Positions 39,303-52,161 are shown, counted from the stretch's first letter. The stretch is 64,000 bases of DNA from Hydrolagus colliei (GCA_035084275.1 CM068745.1:35092001-35156000); one strand, 5' to 3'. Made by a program: numbers and translations. Notes: generated from the letters alone by a model not told the origin.

Positions 39303-40289
39303 GTGAGTCTCATCATTCGAGATTCAGATCAAAATTAATTAGTATTCTATTGTCTAGTCTCACACTTGTTGGAGCTACAAGGGTTTCTGGCACCTGTAAA
39401 ACTGTAACACAGTGTGAGTATTCAATGCCTTTAACAGGGGAGAAAAATAGAAGATTGACAACAGCCATCACAAATATTGAATAGATCACATGGAAACTCA
39501 CAGCAGGGTGACCAAAATGCGAGTGGGAAGTTTGCAATATCACAGCATTTCCTCCCCCACCCTCCCTGCAGATGTCCATTTCACCTCTTTTCACAATGAA
39601 AATGGATTTGAAATGTACCAACTTGGATACTGAGTTGACCATTTAGTTTAGTATTCTCCTGAACAAAGGCCCTTCCTGAGGCTAAACCTTCAATGGTATG
39701 TCTGCAAACCACAGTCATGCCTTGCTGTTGGTCAGAGAATGCTGGTAACAGCAATAGTATCCATTATTTCTCTTTACTTTTTCAATGTGCAGAAATGAAA
39801 TAGTTAGACAGAAATGGTGCACAGAGGGGCTCTCTTGTAAAAATAGCATCTTCCTGTTTGGCAAAATTGTTTCTAAAGAAAACCACATCAAAGGATCTCC
39901 AGCTTCAGGAAGTGTGGAGAGGCAAGAGGAATAGCTCAGCTGCTCCTGTAAGCAGTATCCAACACTGCAATTGACACTCTGTTCTCCAGAGCCTCATTGT
40001 TCAGGTTGAATCCCAGCAATGGGACTGAGATAGGTCTCAGAGAGCAGGATTCGGGTTACACCTGAGGACAGCATTCAGGTTATACCCCAGACAGACCCCA
40101 GTGAATTTAGAAATGAGGTTGGCATCAAACCATGAAGTTTATGAAAGGTATTTTTTTTATATGAGCATAGGGACCTGATAGAGCCACTGTGATAGGAGGC
40201 ATATAGAGCTATGTGAGATGACGTTATCATCTGCAGACATGGGGTCAACTTTCATATGTATGGGGATCACACCCAAGGCCATGATACAT

Positions 40290-40910
40290 TAGAATACATT
40301 AGAATATAGAACTAATATAAAAAGGCCATTCGGCTCAACTGATCTATGCCGTTGTTTATACTCCACATGAGCCTCCTCCTGCCATTCCTCAACTTAACCT
40401 TCTATTCCTGTTTCTCTCATGTACCTTTCTAGCTTCCCATCTATAGCATTTGCCTCACCAAGTTCCACATTCCCATTATTTAGGCCATTATTCTCTGCCT
40501 AAAGAAATTTCTTCTAAATTCTCTATTTGATCTATTTGTGACTATTTTATATTGATGACCCCACAGTTTTGGTCTCCCCCACAAGTGGAAACATCTTCCC
40601 TCTGTCTACCCTATCAAAACCTTTCATAATTTTAAAGGCCTCTATCAGATCACCTCTTACCCTTCCTCTTTTCAAGAGAAAAGAGACCAAGCGTGTTCAG
40701 CCTTTTCTGATGCGTATAACCTCTCAGTTCTGGGATCATCCTCGTGAATCTCCTTTGCACATTTTCCAGTGCTTCTATATCCTTTCCATAATGTGGAGAC
40801 CAGAACTGCCCACAGTATTCTAAGTGTGGTCCAGCCAAGATTGTATATAAGTATACCATAACTTCCCAGTTTTTCATTTTGATCTATCTTGTGACCTTCT
40901 ATATCTATAC
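40290..40910 (-). mobile_element. CR1-clade LINE 3' fragment
   Basis: Minus ORF LYTIL.GPHLEYCGQFWSPHYGKDIEALENVQRRFTRMIPELRG...LGLFSLEKR is the canonical CR1 ORF2 C-terminus. Followed by a CR1 3' UTR and short-repeat tail. Confidence 0.93.
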
Positions 40911-42009
40911 AACTCAACCACTAATGGAATAAACTAACTGAACATAAGGTCATTTATAAAACTTTGCTTAATCTAAAAAAATTAAATTTGTCACAAATGT
41001 TTGTGCTCTGGAGCAACAACACGTTGTTCACAAATGATACTGAAGTGCCCTCTGGTGGATGTAATGAACAATAATCCTTTGGATCTTGGGAGTTTAGAAC
41101 ATAAAAAGCCATTTGTCTGTAAAATAAATATCAAATAGTATTCAATGGGAATAGAAAAGAAATTGGATAATATTTATGAAGAATAATTAAAAGATTAATA
41201 TCTGGGATTGAGGGGTTTTATTTGAGTTTTATTTCTTACAGCTGTTCTGATTGTGGTGTTCAAAATAAGGAAACAAATTGACAAGCTAGATACAACAATA
41301 CAAATTTACATTTATTCAGCACCTTTCAGGTCAGGAGGATGCCCTATGTGCTGGTGGATGACTCTTTCCGCTGGTGCAACACAAATGGCATAACCTTAGA
41401 ATTAGAGTTAGTAAGGATGACTTTGAAAATGTAGAACACACTGACCCAGAAAGTCAAGCAGATAAACTGAATAAAGTGCTTGTTTTGATCCAATAAACTG
41501 CAGAATATGTTGGTTGGGCTGATTGGCTTTCTCCTGGTCAGTCCTAGAGTGAAATGGGCCAAATGTGCGGTAAATTCTTTATTCTATAACAAATAAGCTA
41601 TTACTATTAAGCATTCGGGGATGTTACCCTGCATGAGAGGTGCTATAAAAATATGTTCTCGTTGCTTAGATGTAACTGTAAGTTCATATTTAGTTTTCTT
41701 TTCTGAATTATAGACAAAGAGTAAATCTTCCTCTGCTATTTGAGTTTAGAATAGACAATGAAGTGTACAAACAAACAAATTTACATTAATTGAACACAAG
41801 AAATGTTCTACAATTTGATAATGATCACTTTAACATCAAGAATTACTGATCAATTAAATTACTGAATTTTACCTATACTTAAAGCTAAGTGCTACTGCAG
41901 TACTTTTTAATACCAATGACAATTTACACAATAATTTGATAGTCATGTATTATCAACAAAATATACTTTATTTGTCATTATTTATGGTGCCTTTGTGCCT
42001 GTTTTGCAG

Positions 42010-44259
42010 GTCAACAAGTCCACTGCTAAAGCATTTATGGAGCAGCTTTGGCCAGATACTAAAGAAGAACTCAAGATTACTGAACCTGAGACTGCTACCA
42101 CTGCCAATTTTCAAGAAAAAGTGGAAAAAAGTTTAGTTCAGACTTATGACAAAAATGAAATCAAAGAAAAATCCTTACCTCATGCTTCACCAGACCTACC
42201 TTGTACTGGACCTCAGAAAAAACACAGTTCTAACCAGTTCTTACAAAGTTCATGCATGTCTGTAGTGACTGAAACGAACAAAGACACATGCCCAACCTGT
42301 GCACATCACATACCTTCAACTGAAGAAAGCATTGCATCTGATCAAACTTTGTCTCAACCTCTGCCCATGGGAGACTTATTGGATGTTTCATCAAAGACAG
42401 AACTGCCTCATTCTACAGAAGATAAGAATATTTTTATAGAGAGTCGATCAACCATGTGTGCAAAACCATCTACAGCTAATTCCATCTCAAATGATTCTGA
42501 GTGTAATTTAGGTCAACCTACTGATAGTGGGTTAATTGAGAGAGATCAAAGACCCGGTCTTTCACATCAAGTTGAGACCTCAGAAATTTGGATCAGGGAT
42601 GATATTTCAAAACAATCTGAACTGAGCCCTAAATCAAATGTTAATCTTTCAGGAATGTGTTCAGGAGATGTCTTCTATATTGAAACAAAGCCTGCTAAAG
42701 TTAACCTGCTAAACATTAAAAAGAATCAAAAGAAACAGTTGCCAGATAGACCGTCAAATCTCAAATCCCTCGCATCTCAGACTGATGAGCTCCTCACCCC
42801 TGAGCACTGGATAGACAATGACACATTCCAGCAGTCCAGCTCTCATTCCTCCCAGTGGATTGAAATTAAAATAGTTCAGGAAGAATGTTTGACAGAAGTG
42901 CCAGAAAAGGAGTATGGTTTCTCACAGATAGTTACTAATGTTTCCCAGGAAAAGGAATGGCCTGATCCTCCTCAACAAATATTGTTCTTTGAAGATTGTA
43001 CAGATAAAATTCTCCCCGAGGATTCTTACAGTAGCTCATACCAGTCATTTAATGAAAATATTGGTTGGAGTAAACAGTGTCCAGAGACACCATCTAAAGT
43101 TTCCAAATCTGAGTGTTTGATGAGCACTTGTCCTGTAATGAAACTTGTAACATTTCCAAATGAAATGGAAGAAGCTACAAGCAGTGCGCTGAATGTTCCA
43201 TTAAATAAGGACAATGCAGTGTCATCCAAAGAATCAAAGAGTGCGAGTACTGAGAGCACAGGGGCAGCACCATGCTTAGTTAGTGTGGGCACTGAACCCA
43301 TAGTGAAGAACTTTGATGGAATCAAAGAATACTGCCTGAAATGTGAAGATAAGCCCTTATCTCTTCATTCAAACTCCACAAAGACAGACAAACATCCTGT
43401 GCCTCATGGAGATCTTGTTCAATCATTCCCCATTGGTGTGACAGCTGTTCGAACCACCTACATGATAAAGACATGTCAAGTGAAGGCTGTGCCAGTCATT
43501 CCTCCAAAAGTACAATTTACCCAGGTCCCCCAACCTTTGCAGAAGAAGTGCACAGCAACTCCTTTCCTTTCTCTTGATAAAGTATTGACAGCATTGCAAC
43601 CCAGCACAGTGTGTGAATCAACTTGTCCTGAGAACAAAAAAGGACCGGAAAAGTGTCAACCAAGTTTGCCAATACCTGAACCTAAAGATGGGAAGGAAAA
43701 TGACCTACCAAATGTAACAAAATCCAAAACGTCAGGACATGAAAACCACATTGTTCCATCTGACCCCACTGTTACGCAATCCCAAACCACCCAGGCAGCT
43801 CTTCCAGTTATAAGAAGAACCTGCAAGGCAAATGGAGAAGATGTAATGGGCATACCAATATCTTCAATAGCAGAAAGATCACCAGCTCTGCAAAAATCCT
43901 CTTTTTTGCGGCACACACAGCACAGAACAAGGCCAGGCAGGCCGCAGAGCCTCATCCTGTTCAGCCCGCCATGGCCTAATATGGAGCGTACTTCTTCAGC
44001 TGAGTCCAACAAGGTGCTTCTTAGCCCCATAAGATCTAGCACTGATCAATTACAACAATTGGGACTCGACCATTCAACTTCAGGTGGCTGCCCTAATGAA
44101 CTCAATGAAAATCAGAAGACGCTAGAGGGTGTTACTCTTCGAAGTAAAATGAGCATCCCTAAAAATGGCCAAAGATTGGAGACCTCAACAAGTTGCTTCT
44201 ATCAACCTCAGAGAAGGTCCATGATATTTGAAAACAGAGGTGGCAGGCAAATCGAATGA
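42010..44259 (+). CDS. ARHGAP31: ARHGAP31 exon 12 (large terminal exon)
   Basis: ttgcag acceptor. 749 codons plus TGA. Contains LWPDTKEELKI, AVRTTYMIKTCQVKAVPVIPPKVQFTQVPQPL, RPGRPQSLILFSPP and the diagnostic C-terminus PKNGQRLETSTSCFYQPQRRS...GRQIE. Confidence 0.96.
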   Translation, partial: VNKSTAKAFMEQLWPDTKEELKITEPETATTANFQEKVEKSLVQTYDKNEIKEKSLPHASPDLPCTGPQKKHSSNQFLQSSCMSVVTETNKDTCPTCAHHIPSTEESIASDQTLSQPLPMGDLLDVSSKTELPHSTEDKNIFIESRSTMCAKPSTANSISNDSECNLGQPTDSGLIERDQRPGLSHQVETSEIWIRDDISKQSELSPKSNVNLSGMCSGDVFYIETKPAKVNLLNIKKNQKKQLPDRPSNLKSLASQTDELLTPEHWIDNDTFQQSSSHSSQWIEIKIVQEECLTEVPEKEYGFSQIVTNVSQEKEWPDPPQQILFFEDCTDKILPEDSYSSSYQSFNENIGWSKQCPETPSKVSKSECLMSTCPVMKLVTFPNEMEEATSSALNVPLNKDNAVSSKESKSASTESTGAAPCLVSVGTEPIVKNFDGIKEYCLKCEDKPLSLHSNSTKTDKHPVPHGDLVQSFPIGVTAVRTTYMIKTCQVKAVPVIPPKVQFTQVPQPLQKKCTATPFLSLDKVLTALQPSTVCESTCPENKKGPEKCQPSLPIPEPKDGKENDLPNVTKSKTSGHENHIVPSDPTVTQSQTTQAALPVIRRTCKANGEDVMGIPISSIAERSPALQKSSFLRHTQHRTRPGRPQSLILFSPPWPNMERTSSAESNKVLLSPIRSSTDQLQQLGLDHSTSGGCPNELNENQKTLEGVTLRSKMSIPKNGQRLETSTSCFYQPQRRSMIFENRGGRQIE

Positions 44260-44720
44260 CCACTTTACATATCTGTTGACCTAATGTTGGCTGGACAAGA
44301 TTTATTTCTGCAAAAGCTTTTTCAATGCCCCAACAATCCATAAGCATCTTTCATCCACTTCTCAAACGGTCACAAAACACTGGTAAACATTTCAATCGTG
44401 TAGCAGAAACAGAACAAAACCGAGGATATGGCAAAGCTGGCCTTGTACAGGTTATGAAATAACGTCATCCGGACAAACAGTATATAGTTTGGCAAGATTA
44501 CACATAACAGCCATTCAGTGAATGAAAACCGCATATCTTTAATTTTAACATGGATCACATGAAACAAAATATATCCATGTATATATCTTATATGAAGAAT
44601 TATATATATTAAAAAAAACTTGGTGAACATTTTGCTTTTTAAAGAACGTGTCTTATCTAAGTATGTGCAATGAATATAAGTCAGAGCTGGCTACTGCAAT
44701 GCTGTACAGCACTCTGTTCT

Positions 44721-44726
44721 AATAAA
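44721..44726 (+). terminator. Candidate ARHGAP31 polyadenylation signal (proximal)
   Basis: AATAAA about 460 nt after the stop codon. A second AATAAA lies at 45257-45262. Confidence 0.35.
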
Positions 44727-45256
44727 GATAGTTTAGCTTTCCATTTCAAGCGAGTGGATATTCTTTTCTCAATAACTCCCAAGGTGTATATTACTGTAAT
44801 ATTTATTACACCTTTTAAACTCTTAAGTGAACAATATGCTAACAGCGTGTGCATTATTGGTGATTAGTGCACTTAGCGATTACTTTTCCACCAGTGATGG
44901 ATGTTCTGCTGTTGGATTACTACTCAATTTAAACGTTGATCTAAATTGTTAGCAATGACAAATTCAAATGATTATGTTTTCCAAATGTAATCAGTATCCC
45001 ATCCTACTTCCTAAGAAAATTACAAAATAACTAAATTAGGTAATTGGCTAAATCAGATAACCTACAATACATATGCTACTGTATTATTTATCTGGATACA
45101 AGTATCTCAAAGGATAAAGATGACACCAAGGTTCCCATAAATGCTTTATTTCTCAATTTCAAATGTCTATGTATCTCTATAATTTTTGCTACATTGCCCA
45201 ATATTAAATGTAAGCATTTGCCCAAAAAAACAGAGAATTAAAAGATTTAAAAAAAC

Positions 45257-45262
45257 AATAAA
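45257..45262 (+). terminator. Candidate ARHGAP31 polyadenylation signal (distal)
   Basis: AATAAA followed by T/GT-rich sequence, just before repeat-rich intergenic DNA resumes. Confidence 0.45.
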
Positions 45263-45519
45263 CCTGTGGCTTCCCAATTATTTCGGGATTTATTTTAGAG
45301 TGTAAATTAGTTAAGGAGCCTTCTTCATATCAAAAAGAATCACCGGTTTTACTTCTATCTTTCAAAAGGCTGTGCCTCAAGCACATGATTGCTTTGGGTT
45401 GTGTTCAGAAATACACAACAAATACACATGCCCAGTCTTGGGCATATATAGATTGTGTACCTGTCTGAGATGGGTATGAATTGTGTCCTCAACGGGTGTA
45501 TATGTATGCACTCCAACGT

Positions 45520-45790
45520 GTTATATTGGGTCTTTAGCCTTCTGGTCCTACCCTTTGGAACACCATTACACAGTCCCTCCACGTCGTCTCCTCCATTGCT
45601 TTCTTCAAGGCCTATCACAAGAAACTCTTCTTCAACCGCGCTTTCGGTCACCCTGCTACCCTTTACCCTCCTTGCCCTCCACCTTCCCTAATCCAGACCC
45701 CCAGCTCAGGTCCAAATCGCAGACTGTCCAGCACCTTGAGATGTCCTTCCAACGTGAAAGGCGCTACACAAATGTAATTCATTGTTGTTT
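45520..45790 (+). mobile_element. L2 3'-end fragment
   Basis: Same tail family, ending ccaacgtgaaaggcgctacacaaatgtaattcattgttg. Confidence 0.75.
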
Positions 45791-46810
45791 TTGTATATTA
45801 ACAGAATATAGGAGCCAGAATCTCCCTGGCTTAGGAAGGGTTCTTGCTCCTGTTTGCTGAATTGATATACAGTAGTTAGTAAATTCAAGTTATTATGTTT
45901 TCTGCGGAGACTGCTGCCAGAAGGTTTGTGTTGGCAGACATTAAATAAGAGAGGATGGGGCTCACCTCTGTGTCTTCTGCTTTACAACTGAATAATCTAC
46001 CAACAATCAAGACATAAGATTCCAGCATGCCTGTTGGAATGGAAGGGAAAAGGATTCAAAAACCTTCAGGAGAAGAAAGAATTGGCAATATTTTTTTTAA
46101 ATGTTTTCTATCAATGTCAGTTTTACTCATTGATAATTGTACACTATGAATTAAGCTCCACAGCCTAGGACTGTCTTAAGCAGTTTGTATGCTACAATGT
46201 ACTGTAATTATATTTTTAATACCCAGTTAATGATCACACACAAATATCTGCTTGCTCCAACTTGTTGGTGATATGCTCATCTCTGTGTAACTATTATGCT
46301 TTTCCATTAATCTGTCAAATTGTCAATTTCTTTGTGGATCCATTCATAAGTTTCCTTGAACAGTATCATACAAAGACATATCATACACACATCAGACAAC
46401 TTCACATTTCTGATGAATATTCTCGGGTGGAGTGAAGAGGGTATGTGGTCACTCTTCTAACTTAATTACAACTCAACTTCAAAAGTAAGTTTATTTAATA
46501 ATTGCTGGATTGCAAAGGCACCAGGTCCCCTGCTTCTGAAGAAGACCAGTGTCAGAGAATCCTTTTCGACATGAAGCTGATCTTTAATGTGCCTGAACAA
46601 CAAAATTCTCAAATCCTATTTCTAGATCTGCTAGCACTCTTGCTAGAATCACAAGAAGGAATATTTGGTTCTCATCAACAAGAATTTCCGTCAAAATTCT
46701 CAAGTGACTTAGCAGGCAACGGTAATATAGAGATCCCAGTCGTCTTACCAAACCTTTCCATGCTCTGGACTCATGGGATCATAATACATGTGCATTATGT
46801 TCCTCGTACT

Positions 46811-47110
46811 GTCCTGTAACTCAGTGATTAGAGTACACGGCATAAAAGCAAGAGACCTGTTCAGGCCGGGTGAAACATTGGGCAAGTTTTCTTCTCCAGA
46901 CTCCACAATCTTTGAAAATAATAATAAATTGGTCATCTCAAATCACGATTGTTTGTGAGGCATTGCTGTGCACAATTGGCTGCTGTATTTCACCAATATA
47001 TATACATACATATATATATATAGTCAAGTCACTTTACAATATATTCTGTGAATCGCTTTGAGATATCTAGAAAACATAAAAAGTACTTTATCAAATACAA
47101 GGGTTACTAT
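46811..47110 (+). mobile_element. tRNA-derived SINE
   Basis: Same head, body and tail as 7086-7390. Confidence 0.8.
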
Positions 47111-47565
47111 TTTTGTATGGTCTGATTATTTTGTGAATCTATCAAGGCTGTCAAGGTTCAGAAGGGATCGACTGTGACTCCTCCAGAACCATTCTTCCCC
47201 TCCTGTGAACTAATTCAAGAGAAAATGACAAGAAGACTTGTTTTCAGTGTGTGGTTTTTCCATCCTTTTATTCCCTTTTGTTTTAAAAAAAAGCTGTACA
47301 GCTTCCCTGAACATGTGTAGCATCGCATATTGTGAAAGGCACTATACAAGTGTCATTTTGTTGTTGTTTGCTGACAAAATATTGCAGAGTAACGTCCTTG
47401 TGAATCCTCCAAGCTGTGGAATCCAGGAATTCGCAGCACTTGTGATCCTGCACCAAATATTGGTCCAAAGTCATCGGTTATTAGTAACTTTGTATTTTTA
47501 GGTTAATTATGACCATCAAAGTTGGTAGCAGAAATAAAAGTCCATCGCAAATTGATAGTGTGATA

Positions 47566-48145
47566 CAGGTAGATCCCACGTCATAGTGTGGTTCCTGCAA
47601 AGAATGACTTTAAATGGAACGACTTTAAGCTAATACATTATCCTCATAAGAATGAATGTAAAAACTGGAGTTAGGTTATTTTGGCCATTTTAGGTCAAAG
47701 TTTTCTAAAAGAAAACACATTATACTCGCTCCCTGCCTTCCTGCCCGGCTCACTAACTAACTCCCTGCCTGCCCTGCCCTGCTCACTAACTCACTGCCTG
47801 CCTGCCCTGCTCACTAACTCACTGCCTGCCCTGCTCACTAACTCACTGCCTGCCTGGCTCACTCCCTGCCTGACTGCCCTGCTCACTAACTCACTGCCTG
47901 ACTGCCCTGCTCACTCACTCGCTGCCGGGTGGCTGGTCTCACTCTCTTGACGGGCAGGTCCAAACGCAGTCGTGTCACTCACTTGACGGCAGGTTCTAGC
48001 GCCATCATGCCCCCTTCTCACCCGCTGGCGAACGACGTAGTAGCAAACGTCGTAACTTTAAATGAATATATGTTCCCAATGTATCAGCAACGTAAAAACA
48101 AAAAAGCGTTACGTGAGGCAATGGTAAGTGGGGTCTACCTACCTG
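47566..48145. mobile_element. Tigger-like MITE containing a minisatellite
   Basis: TA|CAGGTAGATCCCAC ... GTGGGGTCTACCT(ACCT)G|TA. Confidence 0.65.
47725..47925. repeat. Minisatellite (CTGCCCTGCTCACTAACTCACTGC-like units)
   Basis: About 7 imperfect 24-28-bp tandem units built from CCTG/CTCA tetramers. Confidence 0.85.
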
Positions 48146-49233
48146 TACTTTGGGTATCTTTGAAAATGAATTAAAATGTTGCAAATTCTTATAATGGACC
48201 AATACATTTTTTGTTGATCAAGGTGTGTGCATGTCTCTCTGATTTTCACAATGTTTCCCATAAATTCCCCGAAGCTTTACACATGGATGACTGAAGGTCT
48301 ATCAGACTTGGGGAAACACCAGCTCCGCTGAAACCGCACCACCAGAGGGCACTTCCAGCTTTCTGAAAGGTTATCATGACTGATGAACTTGTCAAGGGCA
48401 ACCTGACTGTGGGAAATCCACCCACCATCTATTAGTAATCATTTTGGAATCAAACACAAATGAGAAAAGATGAATAAATTGTTGAGATGTAATTACTTTG
48501 CGCAGGGAGTGGTGAATCTATGGAAGAGAGGCATCAGTAAATTCAAGAGAGAATTCAATTCGATTTGGCGAAGAATTCAATTGAAGGATATGGAAAAGAA
48601 AGAACTTGTATTTTATACCAGTTTATCAAATTGAAACATCTCAAAGCACTCCAGTTACCATCAAGTGAAATGACTATTTTTGAAGGCAAATGCAGCAGCC
48701 ATTTGAATAAATTACTCAATTGATTTGGAGGCCACCATAAGGCAAGAAACTTCTATCTCTTTTAAATACTGTCATTGGATCTTTAACGTCACCTGAACGG
48801 GTAGATGTGAGCATGGTTTAAAGTCTCAAATTGAAATTATGATATTTTGAATGATCAGGTTCCTACTTACTGCAAGGTAAACAGAGGTGTGTGGAGTAAG
48901 GAAACTTGCCTAATATTTTGCCGTGCCAGGAATTGAACCCAGATCTTTCACTTGTGAGGCGAGGGCTTTAGCTACTGATCTACAGGACTCCACATGATAT
49001 CCAATATAGGGCTTAAAATGACCTGGTCAGCTTTGGTTCTGAAGCTGAGATTGCCCCAAAAGAGCAAAGTTGATTTATATGAGAAAGAATAAGGTAGGAC
49101 TTTTATTTTTTAACTGTGAGATCAGCAAATAATCCATAATGGTTATAGAAGACATAGAATTCTGTGAATCAACATGGATCTACGCATCAAGTTTGGACAG
49201 TTCATACTTCACAACAGGTCATAAATTTAAGTG

Positions 49234-49481
49234 GGTGGCACTCGGTAGTCCGAAGGTTCGATAGTCCAAACACACAAATTTCCTATACCCGGCGCGGTTA
49301 CTGTGGTTACCGCTTGATAGTCCGAAAATAATGTTTGTTAATCCAAACATTTCCATCCTTAGGGTTAGGGTTAGTGTTAGGGTTAGCGTTACAGTTAGGG
49401 TTAGGGAAGCTTCAGACTAATGAACCTTAGGACTAATGAACCTTTCGGACTAACGAACCTTCGAACTATCGAGCTGTAACC
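49234..49481. mobile_element. Mutator/foldback-like MITE with internal (TTAGGG)8
   Basis: 9-bp TSD ATTTAAGTG (49225-49233 / 49482-49490). Imperfect TIRs are built from ttcgatagtccgaagg-type subrepeats. Confidence 0.75.
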
Positions 49482-50224
49482 ATTTAAGTGGGCCTACAGC
49501 TCCTTCCTTCCTCCCTTTCTCAGGATCCAACACTGTATCACTAGACACTACAGTGATCCAAGATGTTATGCTACATATAGAACACTATATAAATGTAATT
49601 ATTGTTGATGGTCAACCAAAGCTGACCAGCAAGATTTCACATAGACGCTATTGAACCAAATCTCACAAAGCACCAGACTAGTTAAAAACTAGTTTGGTAT
49701 TTAATTTGAGGTCACTTGAATGTAAGAGGAATTAACGATTTCATCTATAGTCTGAAATTTCATTAGTCACTGTATTGGGGTGGAGCACTATCTAAGGTGG
49801 AGGTAAACAAACACCTGTATAAATTGACAATGTGGCAACACAACAAATGCTCATTGTAATGAAGTTGTTCAGATGTTAGGAGAAAAATACCATGTAATAA
49901 TCATCCTTGCATTTGATATACAGTACTGTACTGCACTGCCTTATCACATTTTCAAGACATCTCAAAACATTTCACAAAATATGCTGTAAAGTGAATTGAC
50001 TGTATACTTTATGGGAAAAAAGCAAACAGGAGTGGATTAAGTGACAAAATTATTATTTAAAAAATAATTCAAGGGATTATTACGCCCAGAAAAGTGATCT
50101 GCTAATCATAAAGAAAACAAAATTTTCTACTTATGCCTAGGTCAACAAAGGTGTGTGGAGTAAGGAAAGTTACACAACATTTCATCCACAACAAAACAAA
50201 CTCAGACTCAAGCCAGTTCCAAAA

Positions 50225-51585
50225 GGTATATTGGATGACCGATTTGGACGACCTCCATTCTGTTTATTCTGCAAATAAAATAAAACCCTGACCTGCCGGT
50301 TTCTTGCCATTTCAACTCTCCTTCCCACTCGCAGTTTGACCTCTCCATCCACAGTCTCCCGCACTGTCCAATGAACCGCAGTGCAAGCTTGAAGAACAGC
50401 ATCCAGTATCTGCTAGGCACTACGGTCCGTCAATATGGAAATTTTCCAATTTAGATATATCGATGGGCTCCTATTGAGATATACCAAAATATCGATATTT
50501 CCGGGCTTTTCGTACTCCGCATGCGCGTTACGGATGCGCGCGCGTTATGGGTGCGCGAGCGCGTTACGGGTGCGCGCGCGCGTTATGGGTACGCGCGTTC
50601 GGGGCCTATCTCCTCAGGAGGTAAATATCTTTCTCTCTCTGTGTCTCTCACTCTCTCCATCTCTGTGTTTTTCTGTCTGTGTCTCTCTCACATTCCCCCC
50701 ATCTCTATCTATCTGTATATTATCACATCCACCCCGTCTCTCCCCCCACCACCCCCCCCGGCTGTCCCTCACCCCCCCCCGACCCCCCCAGCCGTCTCTT
50801 TCCCTCTCCCTCTGCAGCCCTCTCTCTCCCCCCCACCCCCCCGCCATCTCTCTCCCGCTCCCCCGCCGTCTCTCTCCTGCCCCCCAGCCATCTCTCTCCC
50901 CCTCACCCCCCCCAGCCGTCTCTTTCCCCCTCACCCCCCTCTAGCCGTCTCTCTCCCCCCACCCCTTGCATACCTGTATATTGTATTCGAGGACTACGAA
51001 TACAATATGGCGGCTTTGCACCTCGGTCTGTGCATTGTGTATAGAGATGAGCATTCTGGGTCTTGTAGTTCTTGTAGTGTGCAGCATTCCGATTTTTTCA
51101 CCTCGATATATTGATTTTTTGATATATCGATATTTTTGAAATGCCTATATCGGCGTATCAATATGAAAATTATATCGGGTTTTAGCGATATATCGATATA
51201 TCGCCGGACCCTGCTAGGGACCTTACAGCCCTCGGGCCTTAATATTAATATTGACTTCAATAATTTGAAACCATAACAGCTCATATTCCCCCTCTTCTGA
51301 TCTGCCTGATCTTTTGAAATTTTACCCCACTTTGTTTAACTTTATTAACACCTTTTCTCTCCAGTTTTGTTGCAAATCCCCCCCCACCCCCGTTTGTTTC
51401 ACAATGTTACCACCTCTCTAACCCATCATCTCCTGCCCTCTACCCCATTTTCTTCTTTACCTTCCTTGCCCTGCCTCTCCCTCTTTGCCTTTCTCCATAG
51501 ATGCTGCCTGACCTGCTGAGTGTTCTCAGCAATTTCTGTTTTTGTTTCAGATTTCCAGCATCTACAATATTTAGCATTTTTGTTC
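50225..51585 (+). mobile_element. Penelope-like element 3' part interrupted by a hAT MITE
   Basis: Reads PDLPVSCHFNSPSH...KLEEQH...LLGT, then the MITE, then LQPSGLN...DFNN. Tail gatgctgcctgacctgctgagtgttctcagc at about 51500. Confidence 0.85.
50421..51213 (-). mobile_element. hAT-type MITE, same family, longer copy
   Basis: Same TIRs in opposite orientation. 8-bp TSD CTAGGCAC/CTAGGGAC. Internal GCGCGC repeats and a C-rich minisatellite (about 50730-50965). Confidence 0.85.
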
Positions 51586-52161
51586 AACCCGGTATGCTAC
51601 TAAACAACCAACTTGTAGTGCGATCATCTTAGGGACCAACTAACTGTGATAGTGTTGTGTGGGTAGAGAAGAGGAGGGGAATAACAATCACAGAGCACGC
51701 AAAATGAAAAACCGTATTTTTTTAATGTTCACACCAGGTTTCCGGAATATGCAGGATTGACCTGTGGGTGTGACATTGAACAGTGTTTTTAGCAACAGCA
51801 GAATTGCAAATGACAAGTTCAAGGTGCGGCAGACAAACCTGCGTAGCAGACGATTTGAAAGGTGATCTATTAAATACAAGGATTATCATTTGCATAAATT
51901 GCTTCACGCTACACCAGTGTTTGGATCAGCCATTACAGTTCATTACAGGAGGAACACTGATACAACATTGAAACATTTTCATCATCTTTAATGATCCTGA
52001 TAGTATTAATTTTGCAATCATTTTGCCTTATACAGAAGTAATGGGTGAAAATTGCAAGGTGTGTTGTGGTAATAATTTGGGATCACTGCACTAAGAATTC
52101 TCTTGTAAAATGGCACAAAGAGTGAGGAGACAACTGCAGCCAAAAGCACTTCCCCAATTAT

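Noticed and set aside
41995-44259. Stand-alone 754-aa gene
   Set aside because: It starts at a non-ATG codon in the splice acceptor and is the terminal exon of ARHGAP31.
47725-47925. CRISPR-like array
   Set aside because: Contiguous degenerate tandem units with no unique spacers, no cas genes, and a eukaryotic context.
49359-49406. True telomere or chromosome-fusion site
   Set aside because: Only 8 units in one orientation, enclosed by TIRs and a TSD.
50435-51114. Proline-rich ORFs of 100-197 aa and an apparent CpG-island promoter
   Set aside because: These result from a stop-poor C-rich minisatellite and CpG repeats inside a MITE.
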